Source: Octopus sinensis
Lineage: Eukaryota
Reading direction: 5' to 3'
NCBI RefSeq assembly: GCF_006345805.1
Contig: NC_042997.1
Coordinates: 99,324,001-99,388,000 of the forward strand
DNA length: 64,000 nt
The notes under the pieces are model-generated. The model did no database searches and was not told the origin of the DNA. It worked only from the letters and a program-made list of their open reading frames with translations. The translations under genes and the position numbers were made by a program. Below are positions 37,225 to 50,300 of this stretch, piece by piece (within the stretch, counting starts at the first letter, position 1; the number at the start of each line of letters is the position of its first letter).

Positions 37225-38519
37225 CTCGCTGACTCGGAAACCTGCTACAGATCCATAGCTCCAGTCTCAGCTGTGAACTTAGAACCTAATGGATATCCAG
37301 TTATAGCACTTACGCAGCGTACCTATTGATTTAGTTGATCTTACAGGATTAGTGAACTAAACCCCTCATATACTATATATATACATACATAATATACCTT
37401 CACATTTAGATATATATACATTGATTCGTCTGTAAATCGTTGGCTGGATCAATGTCTCATGAAAGACAGACATCAGAGCTAATACAAAAAGGAAGACGAA
37501 ACCATACCGTTAGATCCTCATAAGTCAAATACAACGAGAGAACCCGCTATATGCATGTTTCTGTGTGTATTAGTGTGTGTGTGTGTGTGCATGTGCGCGT
37601 GTGTGTGTGTGTGTGTTTCTGTGCGTGTGTTTTTGTGTGTGTGTTTGTGCATGTGTATGTGTATCGGTGTGTAGGTAGGTAGGTAGGTAGGTAGGTAGAT
37701 AGGTTGGTAGGTAGGTAGCTAGCTAGCGAGATAGATAGACAGATAGATAGGTAGGTACGTAGGTACGTAGGTACGTACGTACGTACGTAACTATGTTGTT
37801 ATGTTTATACTGGTGATTTTAACTGTTTGCATGAATCGCTGCAACATTTTTTGCTTTGATTTTTCGCTGTCTTTTTTTAATGAAATGACAGTTCAATAAC
37901 ATTCAACTCAATATAGCCGAAACGAATCTGACATCTGTTTGTGTCCGGTCTATTAAGCTATAGAAATACACACACGCGTGCCCATACACACACACAACAA
38001 CAACACACGCACGCGCGCGCATGCACACACGCGCACGCACATATATACATTTACATACATACATATAGATAGATAGATAGATAGATAGATAGATGGATGG
38101 ATGGCAAAGACATTAGATTAACAGGAGACACTGTTTCTGTCTCTGCTTTCTTAGTTCTAATCCTGCCGATGTCAACTTATACTTTCATTCCTCCAGAGTC
38201 AATAAAACGAAGTGCAAATCAAGACTAACCACCACCCTGAACATTTCTGGTTCAATATCTAAATTAGAAATTAGTACTACTTTTTACTGCTGATATCATT
38301 CGCGGGTAAAGTACGTGTCTGCGGCTTTATTCAATAGTTAACAAGTGTAACATTTTTCAAATTAGATTTTGTCACAGAATGTTCCTTATTTTACTATTTT
38401 AAAATGTTCCCCTCTCTGGGGTTAGTCAACAACGCCGTTTTATTTTTAATATTTTCATTTTATTCTACCGTTACATGCGATGGTAAAATTGCCTTGTTCA
38501 TTCCTCGTATATCCTCCTC

Positions 38520-39771
38520 AAAAATAATATAGTAAACAAAGCAAAACTACCACCAAGCAAAGAGTGAAAAATAAATTGACACACAACGAAAAAATGGCAG
38601 TAAAAGAAATAATAAAACTCTTAAAGATGTAGGATATCAAAGAACACAGAGACAGAGTAACGATGATGGTATAAGAAATAGGATCACATGCGGTCGTATT
38701 GTGTAGGGAATACAATCGCACGCGGTCCCATTCTTAATGAGTTATTACAAGCCATAAATACATGCAGTAACAATAGAACATAAGTGGATTGACAACAAGT
38801 CTCCTGTTTGAGATAAACATTATTTATTTTACAATCGTTTTGATGTTGGGAGTTTGTAAACGTTAGCACGTATGTGCGCATGCAATACGTGTTTGTGTCT
38901 GTAGGTTCGTGTGTGTAGGCGGCTGGCATAGAAAAGTACCTGATGGTGGAGGCGGCGAAGATAGTAGGCTTTCTGTGTTGAGTGTACATTAGCGTCGTAG
39001 CTAGTTGTAGCAGGAACAATCGTTTATCATTTGGTTGAGCAGCGCTGTCTCTGAAGCCAGTTCTTACAAGAACTAAAACTAAATACAGGTAATTGATTTA
39101 CTGTTTATGAGGTACACGAAGTGTAAGAGTTCAATATCAAGATGTTGTGTCTCGGAGCTGAGATTAGCTGAATCACTTGTTGTGTTTATCTTTCTCTTGA
39201 TATGGATATTCTTTCAGATATATTTACTGTAACCGTTTTCCCGTGGTGAGATTTTTCACCTAACCGCTTGAGTTGAATCTGTAGTTATCTTGTGTACAAG
39301 TTAAATCTTCGTAGATAGAGACGATGTTGGCGATGACGTCGTGTCTGTATGTTCGTGTGTGTGTGCGGCTGGCATAGAAAAGTACCTGATGGTGGAGGCG
39401 GCGAAGATAGTAGGCTTTCTATGTACAAGCTAAATCTTCGTAGATAGTTTTGCTTGGTGGTCGCCTGCCTTTCGAACTGGAACATGGTTGTGTATGGTCT
39501 GTGTGGTCAGAGATTTAGTCCTCACAAGGACTAGAAACCAAAGACGAAAGGTGTCCGAAAACACTCCTTTATATACAGTTTGGGTGGCTCAACCGAACTT
39601 CAGAAATGGACGGGACAGTGGCGCGAAAATAAGTGGAGACAAATCGCGTCACGTGTCAACCAATGGCGCGAACTATGTAGAGACCACTCGTGTCACATGT
39701 CAACCAGTGGCGCGAACTATGTAGAGACCACTCGTGTCATATGTCAACCAATCAGGTTAGTGTTTACAACA
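38520..39771 (-). other. Unclassified, relatively GC-rich element with internal duplications and an upstream promoter-like array
   Basis: Identical 56-bp repeat at 38919-38974 and 39365-39420; 26-bp repeat at 39293 and 39422; begins TGTTGTAAAC on the minus strand; boundaries approximate. Confidence 0.4.
39566..39752 (-). promoter_or_regulatory. Putative Pol II promoter: three 44-45 bp units with TTCGCGCC, CANNTG and ATTGG, then TATATAAAGG
   Basis: tggcgcgaa at 39619, 39664, 39708; CCAAT at 39660 and 39748; CACGTG at 39650; TATA at 39566-39575. Confidence 0.45.
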
Positions 39772-40223
39772 ACGTTAAACTAGCCAAAGATGTTTGTAAT
39801 CTCAAACGAGATCATTCTTAATACTTTTCTCAAACAGTGAAGATAGCAATGAAGAAAACAATATTGCTACAATGGTTAAAGAAACGATGTCCTTTGCAAA
39901 TGTTCATTCAGACAAGCCAAAAACTTTCGATGGGAAGCATTTTGCTAAAAAATCGAAAGCTCGCAATATTTTGTGCATCGGACTGGCACCAATCTTCTGC
40001 AGCAATCAATCACTTGGATAAAAAATAAGAATCATTGTAGCAAAAGCACAGCAGACTTTCTTGTCTTGACTTTATCTCACTTGCACCCTCTTTCTATAGG
40101 ACGTAAAGCGTGACTGAAAAAATCAACGAAGGAACCAAATAACATTTATATCGGCTATTGCTGTATAGAGATTATTAGTACTATTATCACGGGGGCCGTA
40201 ATCGAATCACACACACACATACA

Positions 40224-40276
<53 letters not shown>

Positions 40277-40450
40277 TTTTAATTCTCCCATCATCCTTCA
40301 CTATAGGTTCCCTTCGTATATAAGTGTGAAGCATCGTAAAAGTGTTTTCTATCAAATGGAGAAGCCAACAACCAACGAAATATAACCAAAAATTTCCTTC
40401 CTTTCTTTCCTTTCTCTTACACGTCTTCAAACTTGATTAATTATCTATTT

Positions 40451-40540
40451 AGTTATTCCTGATGAAGGGGACATGTCAGTGTGAATCTAAAGGATTCAGA
40501 CCTGTTGACTAATGGACTCCAGAAACGGCCGTCTAATTGC
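40451..40540 (+). ncRNA. HHR relic with extended stem II in a PLE-like pseudo-LTR (~40330-40740)
   Basis: CTGATGA-AGGGGAC..TGAATC/GATTCA hairpin..GACTCCA-GAAAC-GGCC-GTC-TAATT; weak stem I. Confidence 0.55.
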
Positions 40541-40739
40541 TTCATATTGACGTTATAACCCTCAATAAAATATTTCTTCGGAACTCTTCTAAACTTTTAA
40601 ATCCATAATTAGGATTTCTCACTTTTATTTACTTATTTACTCTTTTCATGTATATTTTTACCTCATATATCTCTTATTTCTTTTTAAATAATATATAAAT
40701 ATATTCCTTGTTTTGCTGTACCCTCATCCACCGGACTAC

Positions 40740-40790
<51 letters not shown>

Positions 40791-41001
40791 CAATGATAAA
40801 TATCAAAGTGAGTTATATACAGTAGCGGTAACACATCGTGACGTATATTTGCCATCTCAATATGGCTACCCCTAAGGGTGGATGCTACTGTAGTTTTTAG
40901 CCCCAGGAGGACACACTCCTCCGGCTGGCCATAGACACACTTTCTGTGTCCTGTCAGTATTTGCAAAGGGAAGTCATCCTTCCCATCTTCAACTTATGAT
41001 A

Positions 41002-41046
41002 CACACGGACTCGAGTTTCGAGGTATTGACCTCTCGTCAGCGTGTG
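41002..41046 (-). ncRNA. Intact type-I hammerhead ribozyme
   Basis: CACACG-CTGACGA-GAGG-TCAATA-CCTC-GAAAC-TCGA-GTC-CGTGTG. Confidence 0.92.
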
Positions 41047-41333
41047 ACAATCATAGTTGTCGGCGAGAATTAGATTTCCTTCACAAATACTTATACTTTT
41101 TCCAGCGTCCACTGTCGCTGATATTGAAAAAGTGAAATCAAACAATGATAAATATCAAAGTGAGTTATATACAGTAGCGGTAACACATCGTGACGTATAT
41201 TTGCCATCTCAATATGGCTACCCCTAAGGGTGGATGCTACTGTAGTTTTTAGCCCCGATGTGTTTTTAGTCACGATGGAAAAAGTATAAGTATTTGTGAA
41301 GGAAATCTAATTCTCGCCGACAACTATGATTGT

Positions 41334-41378
41334 CACACGCTGACGAGAGGTCAATACCTCGAAACTCGAGTCCGTGTG
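41334..41378 (+). ncRNA. Intact type-I hammerhead ribozyme (inverted copy)
   Basis: Same motif; predicted cleavage after C41372; stem I extends via CAACTATGAT/ATCATAAGTTG with an internal loop. Confidence 0.92.
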
Positions 41379-41541
41379 TATCATAAGTTGAAGATGGGAA
41401 GGATGACTTCCCTTTGCAAATACTGACAGGACACAGAAAGTGTGTCTATGGCCAGCCGGAGGAGTGTGTCCTCCTGGGGCTAAAAACTACAGTAGCATCC
41501 ACCCTTAGGGGTAGCCATATTGAGATGGCAAATATACGTCA

Positions 41542-41581
<40 letters not shown>

Positions 41582-41582
<1 letters not shown>

Positions 41583-42025
41583 TAGGTTGTCCGTAAAGTT
41601 CGTGCGGATTTTTAAAGGAAAGAAAAAGTTAATAAATACTTGCCATTACATTATTAATCAACCAAATATGAACCATTTTGTTGCACAATGCGTCTCCATC
41701 TTTCCTTTAACTTGAAAATACCCTCTTCCCAGAATTGAGGTTGTTTCATGGCAAACAATTCATCAAGTTATCTTTTTACGTCATCCAAGGAATGGAAATT
41801 TTTACCAATAAGAGTATTCTGCAGAGACCTGAATAAGTGGAAATCCGAAGGAGCAATATCTGGTGAATATAGAGGGTGTGGTAACACATCCCAGCCGAGC
41901 TGCAGCCATTTTTGTCTGGTTCCCAAAGAAACGTGTGGTCTTGCATTATCATTGCATTATCCTTGTTGTTGGCCAATTCTGGACGTTTCTCGTCCAGTTG
42001 TGTGCAGTATTTCTCAAATTTAATC
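41582..42025 (-). mobile_element. Mariner 3' fragment with TIR
   Basis: DNARPHVS..WDVLPHPLYSPDIAPSDFHLFRSLQN..GIFKLKERW; terminus TA-TTAGGTTGTCC. Confidence 0.9.
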
Positions 42026-42758
42026 ATCTGGTTACATGGGAGAAGCTCATAATAACTTACATCATTTCTATTTAAGAAAAATACGTTTGTTTAACGACAA
42101 TCTTATAGACAAAATTTGATATGTCAGTAAATACACAAAAGCATTATAAATGTACTATAGGAAACATTATTGATTTCGCCGACTGGACAAACAGTCTCTC
42201 TCGGCTAAAATGGACGTTGACCTGTTTTCGATATCAGAGATTATATCTAAATGTTTTGTTTTGTTTTTTTCCTCTACTCCTTCAGTTCGAATTTAACTCT
42301 GTAAGAAAGTGGAAACGTAATAGAGATCACGTGAGTAGTATATTCTTCGTTAATTAACAATTCTTTTATCTGTCATCTTTTTCATTTTCGGTCATTGGAT
42401 TGCGGTCATACTGGAGTATCATCTTAGAGAGGTTTCCTCGAACAAATATTGATACTTATTTCTATCAGCCTGTATTGGCGAACTGCTAAGTTGCGGTGGC
42501 GTAAATTAACCCTAACCTGTTGTCAACTGGTGGTGGTGGTGGTGATTTTTGTGGTGATGGCGGTGGTGCTGATGGGACAAACATAAAACAGACACGAAAA
42601 CGTACACACACATCCTTATATTTTGTGTATATGCGCACGCACGCGCGTCGTTCGTAGCAAATCACCTAAGATAAAACTAACGATATTATACAATACTAAG
42701 TGAACCCGAATATATTGTCACATAACAAAAACATGTAGCAGTACCCAAAAACCCACTC

Positions 42759-42867
<109 letters not shown>

Positions 42868-43138
42868 ATATATATATATATAAATATATATATTTATAAA
42901 TGGGAATTCTTGACCGGTGCTTTCGGGCGATTTCAGTCCGTGTCAGTACATAAGTATACAATTATGTGCTTTAACTACAGCTTTAGAGATTTCTAGCTCT
43001 TATTTCTAGCAATGTAAGTGTTATAACAGCCTAGTTATATTTAGCGACAACTATATACCTACATACATACATACATACATACATACACACACACCACACA
43101 CACACACACACACACAACACACACACACCACACACACA

Positions 43139-43189
<51 letters not shown>

Positions 43190-43198
<9 letters not shown>

Positions 43199-43351
43199 CT
43201 TCTGTCAGTTTCCGTCTACCAAATCCACCCTCTAAACTTCGTCGGCCCCAGTCTTTAGTAAAAGATACCTACCCAAGGTGCTGCACAGAGGAATTGAACT
43301 AGGAATCATGTTGGGAAACAAACTTCTTTGCCACACGGACACGTCTGCGCC
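43190..43351 (-). mobile_element. SINE family 1, 5' half
   Basis: ggcgcagacgtgtccgtgtgg..gatttggtagacggaaactga.. running into (TA)n. Confidence 0.7.
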
Positions 43352-43532
43352 ATTCTCTCTATTTCTCTCTCTCCTCCTCTCTCTCACTTTCTCTCTCTCT
43401 TTCTCTCCTTCCCTCTCTCTTTCTTTTTCTGTCTCCCTCTTTCTCTCTCTCTCTTTCTCTCCTTCCCTCTCTCGTTTTTTCTCTCTATCTCTCTGTCTCT
43501 CTCTCTTTCTCTCCTTGACTCTCCCTTTCTTT

Positions 43533-43566
<34 letters not shown>

Positions 43567-43859
43567 CTTTCTATCTATCTCTTCTTCTTCTGTTTGTTGA
43601 AAAGTATGAATAGAGTTCTGAAGAATGAAACATACAGCTAACAAACTGTTGTATCCAGTTAAGTGTTCTTACCACAACGATGTTATTAAGATGTTCTTGG
43701 GAATGTTCAATGTTCTAATGAAAGCAATGTCGCCAATTAATACGGATGAAATGAAAATTTTAATTGAAACATCAATCATAATTGAACATAATAAACTGGA
43801 ATTTTGTTTGCGCGTTCGTAGCAAACACGAATAACGCCATTAGAATTAGTTGTCTAGAA

Positions 43860-44225
43860 GATGATGAAGCTGATGGTGGTGATGGTGGTGGTGGTGGTGG
43901 TGGTGGTGGTGGTGGTGGTGGTGGTGGTGGTGATGGTGGTGGTGGTGGTGGTGGTGGTGGTGGTGGTGGTGGTGGTGGTGGTGGTTGTCGTGATGGTGAT
44001 GGTGGTGGTGGTGATGGTGGTGGTGTTGATAGTGGTGGTGGTGGTGATGGTGGTGGTGATGGTGGTGGTGGTGGTTGTCGTGGTAATGATGATAAGGACC
44101 ATGATCACGATCGTCGTCATCATCATCATCATCATGATCTTAGTGGTGGCGACGATGACGATAATGGTGGTGTCGGCGTGCTCGTGGTTGTAGATGTGGT
44201 AGTGATGGTCGTTGTAGTAATGATG
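43860..44225. repeat. (GGT)n/(GAT)n/(CAT)n mosaic
   Basis: Directly visible. Confidence 0.95.
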
Positions 44226-44668
44226 CTTGAAGGCGAAAATTAAATTCCTGATGATTCTGCCAGTTAACCACATCTTAAAGTGTGATTACTCCTGCGAAGA
44301 GGTTTTCCGTTCGTACGTCTTCTCTTAATCTGTGTTGGGGATGCGACTTGAATTATGAACATCAGGTTAACAAAACCTCGCTGTTTTACAGATCGGAAGT
44401 GCATCTACATCATTCAGGTATGCACATTATTTAAATGTTGCAGATCTATTTCCATGTACGTGATGAATCCCCCATCTTCTACCCCCAACAGATCCTATGA
44501 AGAATATTCTACTCACATCTTTCTTTTGAAATGCATAAGCAAAAACAATCCACACCGCACAGTGAGCTGTTGTGGCCGCTTGCATTTACCCGAGTGAATA
44601 TAGTTTCGATATTCCGTCGACGTTATGCCTAATCTTGTAATGTTTTTTTAACATTTTACATTAATAAT

Positions 44669-45040
44669 AAGGCATCGAGCTGGGAGAATCGTTAGCACGC
44701 CGGAGAAAATATTTAGCTGCGTTTCGTCCGTCTTCGCGTTCTGAATTTAAACTTCACCGAGGTCGACTTTGCCTTTCATCTCTTTCGAGGTCGATAAAAT
44801 AATTACCTATGTGTTAAGGTGGCGAGCTGGCAGAATCGTTAGCACGACAGGCAAAATGTTTAACGACATTTCGTCCGTCTTCAAGTTCTGAGTTAGCTCA
44901 AATTCTGCCGAGGTCAACTTTCTCTTTCATCCCTTTCGGTTTCGATAAAATAAGTACCAGTTGAAAACTGGGGTGTATGTATGTAATCGACTTACTCCCT
45001 TCCCGGAAATTGCTGGCATTGTGCCAAAATTTGAAACCAT
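44669..45040 (+). mobile_element. Two tandem SINE family 2 units
   Basis: Heads at ~44669 and ~44817. Confidence 0.75.
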
Positions 45041-46257
45041 TATCTCCCTGTGCCTTTTATTCATTTAATTTTCCGCCCAAGCCGCACATATATCTCTTTG
45101 CTACATCAAGTTTCATTTGGTATTAATCCAAAATCACAAAGGCCAAACTGCACTGCGACGTTTACTTGATAATTCCGAACTAGCACTGCAACAAGACTCC
45201 TTCTAAGAAAAATCTAGCTCCGATATTGAATCACTACTCTTTGTCTGGAGACTTCTATTCATAAATGAATGGGGTGGCCACGGGGTCTAAAAATGATCCC
45301 AACTAAACCGACATATTCGTAGGTTAAATAAAATCAACAACTTTTAGTCATGCTCATTGTCGCTATCCTTGAACTTTTATCATCGCCAACAAGTTCATCA
45401 ATGACAACTTTCTTTTTAGATATTCTTCATTTGTACTTTTCCCCTCACCTTAAAATTTACTTGGAATATCTAAAGTAATATAAAATAGATCTCCGTCTAT
45501 TTCAAAAATGAATATTCAGAGTATTCGGTGAATTGTTGGGGATGGAATTTGAACTGTGAGCATCAAGTTAACGAAAGCGCACCATTTTTAGATCAACAGT
45601 GCATCTACTCCGTGCCCTTTGGAATAGTATGTACGTGGATGGGTATTCTATAGACGCGTGCACCGTTTTCTTCAAGCAAAATCCACGTTGGAAAACCCTT
45701 TTAATTGTACCTTTAATTACATGTACAATCCGATGAACCTCTGCACAACAGTTTCACTCGCGTCGACTCTTGTCTGTGATAAAAAAATTAAAAAAAACAA
45801 GGCTGTTTAAGACAGCGCCCAGTAAGATTGAACACGAGACCACTTGATTGTGAAGCGAGCCTCCTAACCCTTTCGCCATGCTTTAAAGTGAAAAAAAAAA
45901 TATAACCCAATATCGCTGACTAACAAACAATCATTGAGTCTCTGTTCTGTGATTTCTCAACCAGTTAAAAATAGCATCCAAACTGTTATCTTATCGTCTT
46001 AAAACCAGGAAGAAAGCATTGAATAATTCATTGCTGTATATATTGTATATGAAAAATAGATAGAATAGTCACAGATGGAACGTCTTTTATTATGGATACG
46101 TTAGATCCCGTATGATCTTGGTTAAACAGAAACAACAAAGGTTCCGAACAACCTTTGTGTACTAAACGTCTATTATACATACACATACACGCATAAACAC
46201 ACGCACACACATACCGGAATGCATACATATACATATATACATATATATACACACATA

Positions 46258-46320
46258 CATGCATTCACACACACACATGCATTCACACACACACATGCAT
46301 TCACACACACACATGCATTC
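46258..46320. repeat. 18-bp minisatellite (catgcattcacacacaca) x3
   Basis: Directly visible. Confidence 0.9.
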
Positions 46321-47301
46321 CCTCTGTCAACACACATTACACATGGTATCCACTTCTCAGAATACTTTAAACTCAGAAGATGTCTACTTCTCTTCGAAAT
46401 CCAATTAAATGCGTGGAACTTTTGCCAAATGGTGTTATCCTTCCTCAATTCCAAACAGTGTGTATTTAGCTAGTGCAGTGAACACTTTTATAATCCTAGT
46501 TCTATTAGGCTGCATTTCTCTCCGATGTCGTTTACAATATTCCTTGTTACATAGTTATTGCTGTAGCTGATGATACTTAACCCCGTACCCCCCCCCCCCA
46601 CGATCCAGCAGACCTATGTTTAAAAGAGCTCCTGTACTGGTCCTCATACACCTTTTTTTCTATCGTAGAGTATTCAATATGTTCGCTTTATAAGACGATT
46701 CAGTGCTTCAACAAATTTTTTTTTACCGACTTACTGAATTATAAAAGTAAGTATATCTATTATAAAACTTTCTGATTTAAACTCAAGGGGAGCAATTTAA
46801 TGGGGGAGAGAGAGTAGCCAGTAATATCGACCCCAGTAATTCAGTGGTACTTCATTTTCGTTCGAAAGAATGAAAGACAAAGTTGACCTGGATGGGATTT
46901 GAATTCCGGACTGCAAGGGTCAAAAGAAATAACGCAACCGCTTTTGTCCGGTGCTTTAACTATTCTTCCAACTAGTTACTGTACAGTATATGTACTATAG
47001 TACATCAACATGACATTGGCTCCAATAGTTTAATGTTTCATACCACTGTTGGTGTAAAAATTTGTTGGCATTTACTCTCACTGACATAGACCATCCTACT
47101 CTTAATAGATACCTAAACATTTTCATATCTTTTGCCTTGACTGGAATTCCTAAGGCAACATTAGATTTTACTTTACCGGTTCTGGGTAATTTGGCCTTTG
47201 AAAATTTATATTTTTCTACAAGTACTGCAGTACACTCTTGTACATTTATGATGCAATTATCACATTAATACTTAAGCCAACACCGTCAAATCTATGCTTT
47301 A

Positions 47302-47332
47302 CTGATGAAGTCATAATACGCCGAAACAGGTC
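47302..47332 (+). ncRNA. Decayed minimal HHR-like motif
   Basis: CTGATGA-AGTC-ATAATA-CGCC-GAAAC-AG-GTC; stems I and II broken. Confidence 0.35.
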
Positions 47333-48181
47333 CGGATTGTTTCCCCTTCTTGAAATGATTAAAAGTATAATTAGTAAAGGTTTGTTTTAATCACTAAACT
47401 TTCAATACATTTAATATGTTAACACTAACGTATTTATTATACTTAAAAGTGTACCAGTACAGCATGAGTTATGTCTGAATAGATCTACTGATTCATATTT
47501 ATACGTATTTAGCCTCGATGGGCATTCATGCATACTTAGGCACAAACACACACACACGCACACACACATACACACGCATACATACACACACATTAAATAT
47601 ACTCTGTTTAAATCATTTTTCTTTATATTTTACTGAAATTAGATCTGATTTTATAAACGGACACGGATAGTATTGATGAAATTTGCACACCGATCGGAAC
47701 TTCTGAAGAGAATCACGGAAGCGTTTCCTTCCTAAAGTAAATACGCAGTTAACTCTTTGATGTAAACGCCGTTAACTGTTTATATTAGTGCTTCCTTTTA
47801 ACAACGCAAATTGATGTCAGTTGATATACAGATATGTGCGTCTGCGTGTGTTGGTGTCTATGTGTGCTTATGCGTATGTTAGTGTATGCATATGTATGCT
47901 TATGTGCGTATGTGTGCATTATCGATTCCCATTTAGAAAGAGAATCAAAGAGTGTATCCCACTCAAAATAATGCTGTGGAAAGAGACCCGTTCAGTATAG
48001 TTCAATGACCGAGTAAATTCGAAGTTCGATTCCAGTATATATTCTGTAAACACATATTTGGAGTGATTTTGCAGGCAATATTATCATTAGATATCTATGT
48101 AATATTAAAGTTAGTATTTTGTATTAGCAAACGATATATGAGTTTCTCCACCTGTATGTATGTGTGTGTGCCAGTGTGTGA

Positions 48182-48275
<94 letters not shown>

Positions 48276-48300
48276 ATTATGTGCGTGTGCCTATGTCTAT

Positions 48301-48382
<82 letters not shown>

Positions 48383-48419
48383 CATACATACATACATGTA
48401 TATAAGTATGTATGTATAT

Positions 48420-48890
48420 ACCTGTATTCCTTTCTTTTACTTTTTCAGTGAATGGAGTACGGCCACGCTGAGGCAATGCTTTGAAGAGTATAATCAATGA
48501 AATCGACCCAGGTACTAACTTTGCGTCTGGTACATATTCTAACGGCCTCTGTTCACCGAATCAATAACGAAGAGAAACAAATGCACACACATACACGCAC
48601 ACGCACATATGTATATACACGCACATATGTACATACACACAGATATTTATATATATACATATAAATATATATATATACACACATGTACACACATATACAC
48701 ACATAAACACACATATTTGTGTGTGTCTGTGTATAAACACACATATACATATGTGCACATTCATATATATACGACTGCCTTCCGCCGAATTCACTCGCAC
48801 GGCATTGATTAGCCAAGGGTTAAAGTCAAAGGTACCACTCAATGGAACAGAGCCGGAAATTACCGTGTTGCGAGCGAATCACTAGCTGTA
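48420..48890 (-). mobile_element. Decayed SINE family 1 with internal microsatellite
   Basis: Terminal ttttactttttcagt..gccacgctg and head-like segment flank a TA/CA tract. Confidence 0.5.
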
Positions 48891-49032
48891 TGGAATAGCC
48901 TATATTCGCACGCGAGCATACGCACGTACACACACACATAAATACAAACACACTCACACACACATACGTATGATACATGTATAATATATATATAATATAT
49001 GTATACTATATATCTAATATATATAAAATATA

Positions 49033-49066
<34 letters not shown>

Positions 49067-49076
49067 ATGTACATAC

Positions 49077-49143
<67 letters not shown>

Positions 49144-49221
49144 CGCTAATATATACATAGCTCATTGCAGACAGAAAGATAGATTGGTATATATAGTTAT
49201 CTATACATACATATTTTATAT

Positions 49222-49264
<43 letters not shown>

Positions 49265-49349
49265 TGTGTGTGTGTGTGTGTATGTGTGTGTGTGTCTTTC
49301 TTTGTGTGTAGAACAGTTAATAAGTGTTTACGTAAAACTCCAAGTGTAT

Positions 49350-49631
49350 ATGTTTCCAGAGGTGAATTATTCAAACCCCTAAGAATTCCTTTCAACACAT
49401 GGTCATGATGCTCCACCAGTACTTCTGCTCGTGGTTAGGGATGCACATATCGTCACCCACTAAGGAACGTGCTCAATAAGTTAAGGCCAACAACTGACAA
49501 GCAAATCTTCAGTATTGAGCAGAATATTTGCTGTTGTCCATCTTTTATACCAAGACAAAACATTATCATAACACTTCCATTCAGTTAAGATAAAAAGCCG
49601 TGAATGCCACTGCCTGGTACTGCATCAGGGC
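49350..49631 (-). mobile_element. Partial copy of the (AAT)n-associated ~585-bp element
   Basis: gtttccagaggtgaattattcaaacc..gcctggtactgcatcagggc, followed by (ATT)n. Confidence 0.8.
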
Positions 49632-49660
49632 CACCATTATTATTACAATCATTATTATTA

Positions 49661-49715
<55 letters not shown>

Positions 49716-49771
49716 CATCATCATCATCATCATCACCATCACCACCACCACCACCACCACCACCACCACCA

Positions 49772-49804
<33 letters not shown>

Positions 49805-49930
49805 TATTATTACTATTATTATTATTATTATTATTATATTATTATTATTATTATCATCATTATTATTATTATTATTATTATTTTATTATTATTATTATCA
49901 TCATCAACATCATCATCATCATCATCATCA
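49632..49930. repeat. (ATT)n-(ATC)n-(ACC)n compound array
   Basis: Directly visible. Confidence 0.95.
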
Positions 49931-50130
49931 ACAGGTTAGTGGTTTACAGAACTAATGCAGTTTCCATTATTCTGATGAAAACAAAAATGTGATCGAATTT
50001 CTTTAAGAATCGAAACAGCGTCAATGTGGTTAAACTATTCAACCAATGAGTGTACCACACTATACTCCCTGATATCATGAGTCTTTCAGTTTGTATCTAT
50101 CAACATTTCTCTTACAAACACCCACACAAG

Positions 50131-50225
<95 letters not shown>

Positions 50226-50252
50226 TATATATAAGCATGAAGAGAGAGACAG

Positions 50253-50300
<48 letters not shown>

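Larger units (their letters stand above)
40789..41545. mobile_element. Retrozyme-like locus, family A: 352-bp unit + 116-bp terminal redundancy + 270-bp inverted copy
   Basis: aacaatgataaa at 40789 and 41141; 40835-41104 appears identical to the reverse complement of 41276-41545; flanked by (TA)n. Confidence 0.93.

Noticed and set aside
39619-39752. Regularly spaced repeats resembling a CRISPR array (also 7963-8032)
   Set aside because: Contiguous tandem units without unique spacers, no cas genes, eukaryotic context.
44392-44417. Candidate 26-nt micro-exon (ttttacag / CAG-gtatgc)
   Set aside because: Plausible splice signals, but such matches are expected by chance in 64 kb; no partner exons or homology. 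Needs RNA-seq.
45810-45885. tRNA-like sequence (also heads at 17860-17920 and 19555-19625)
   Set aside because: A/B boxes without a complete cloverleaf or acceptor stem; SINE heads rather than tRNA genes.
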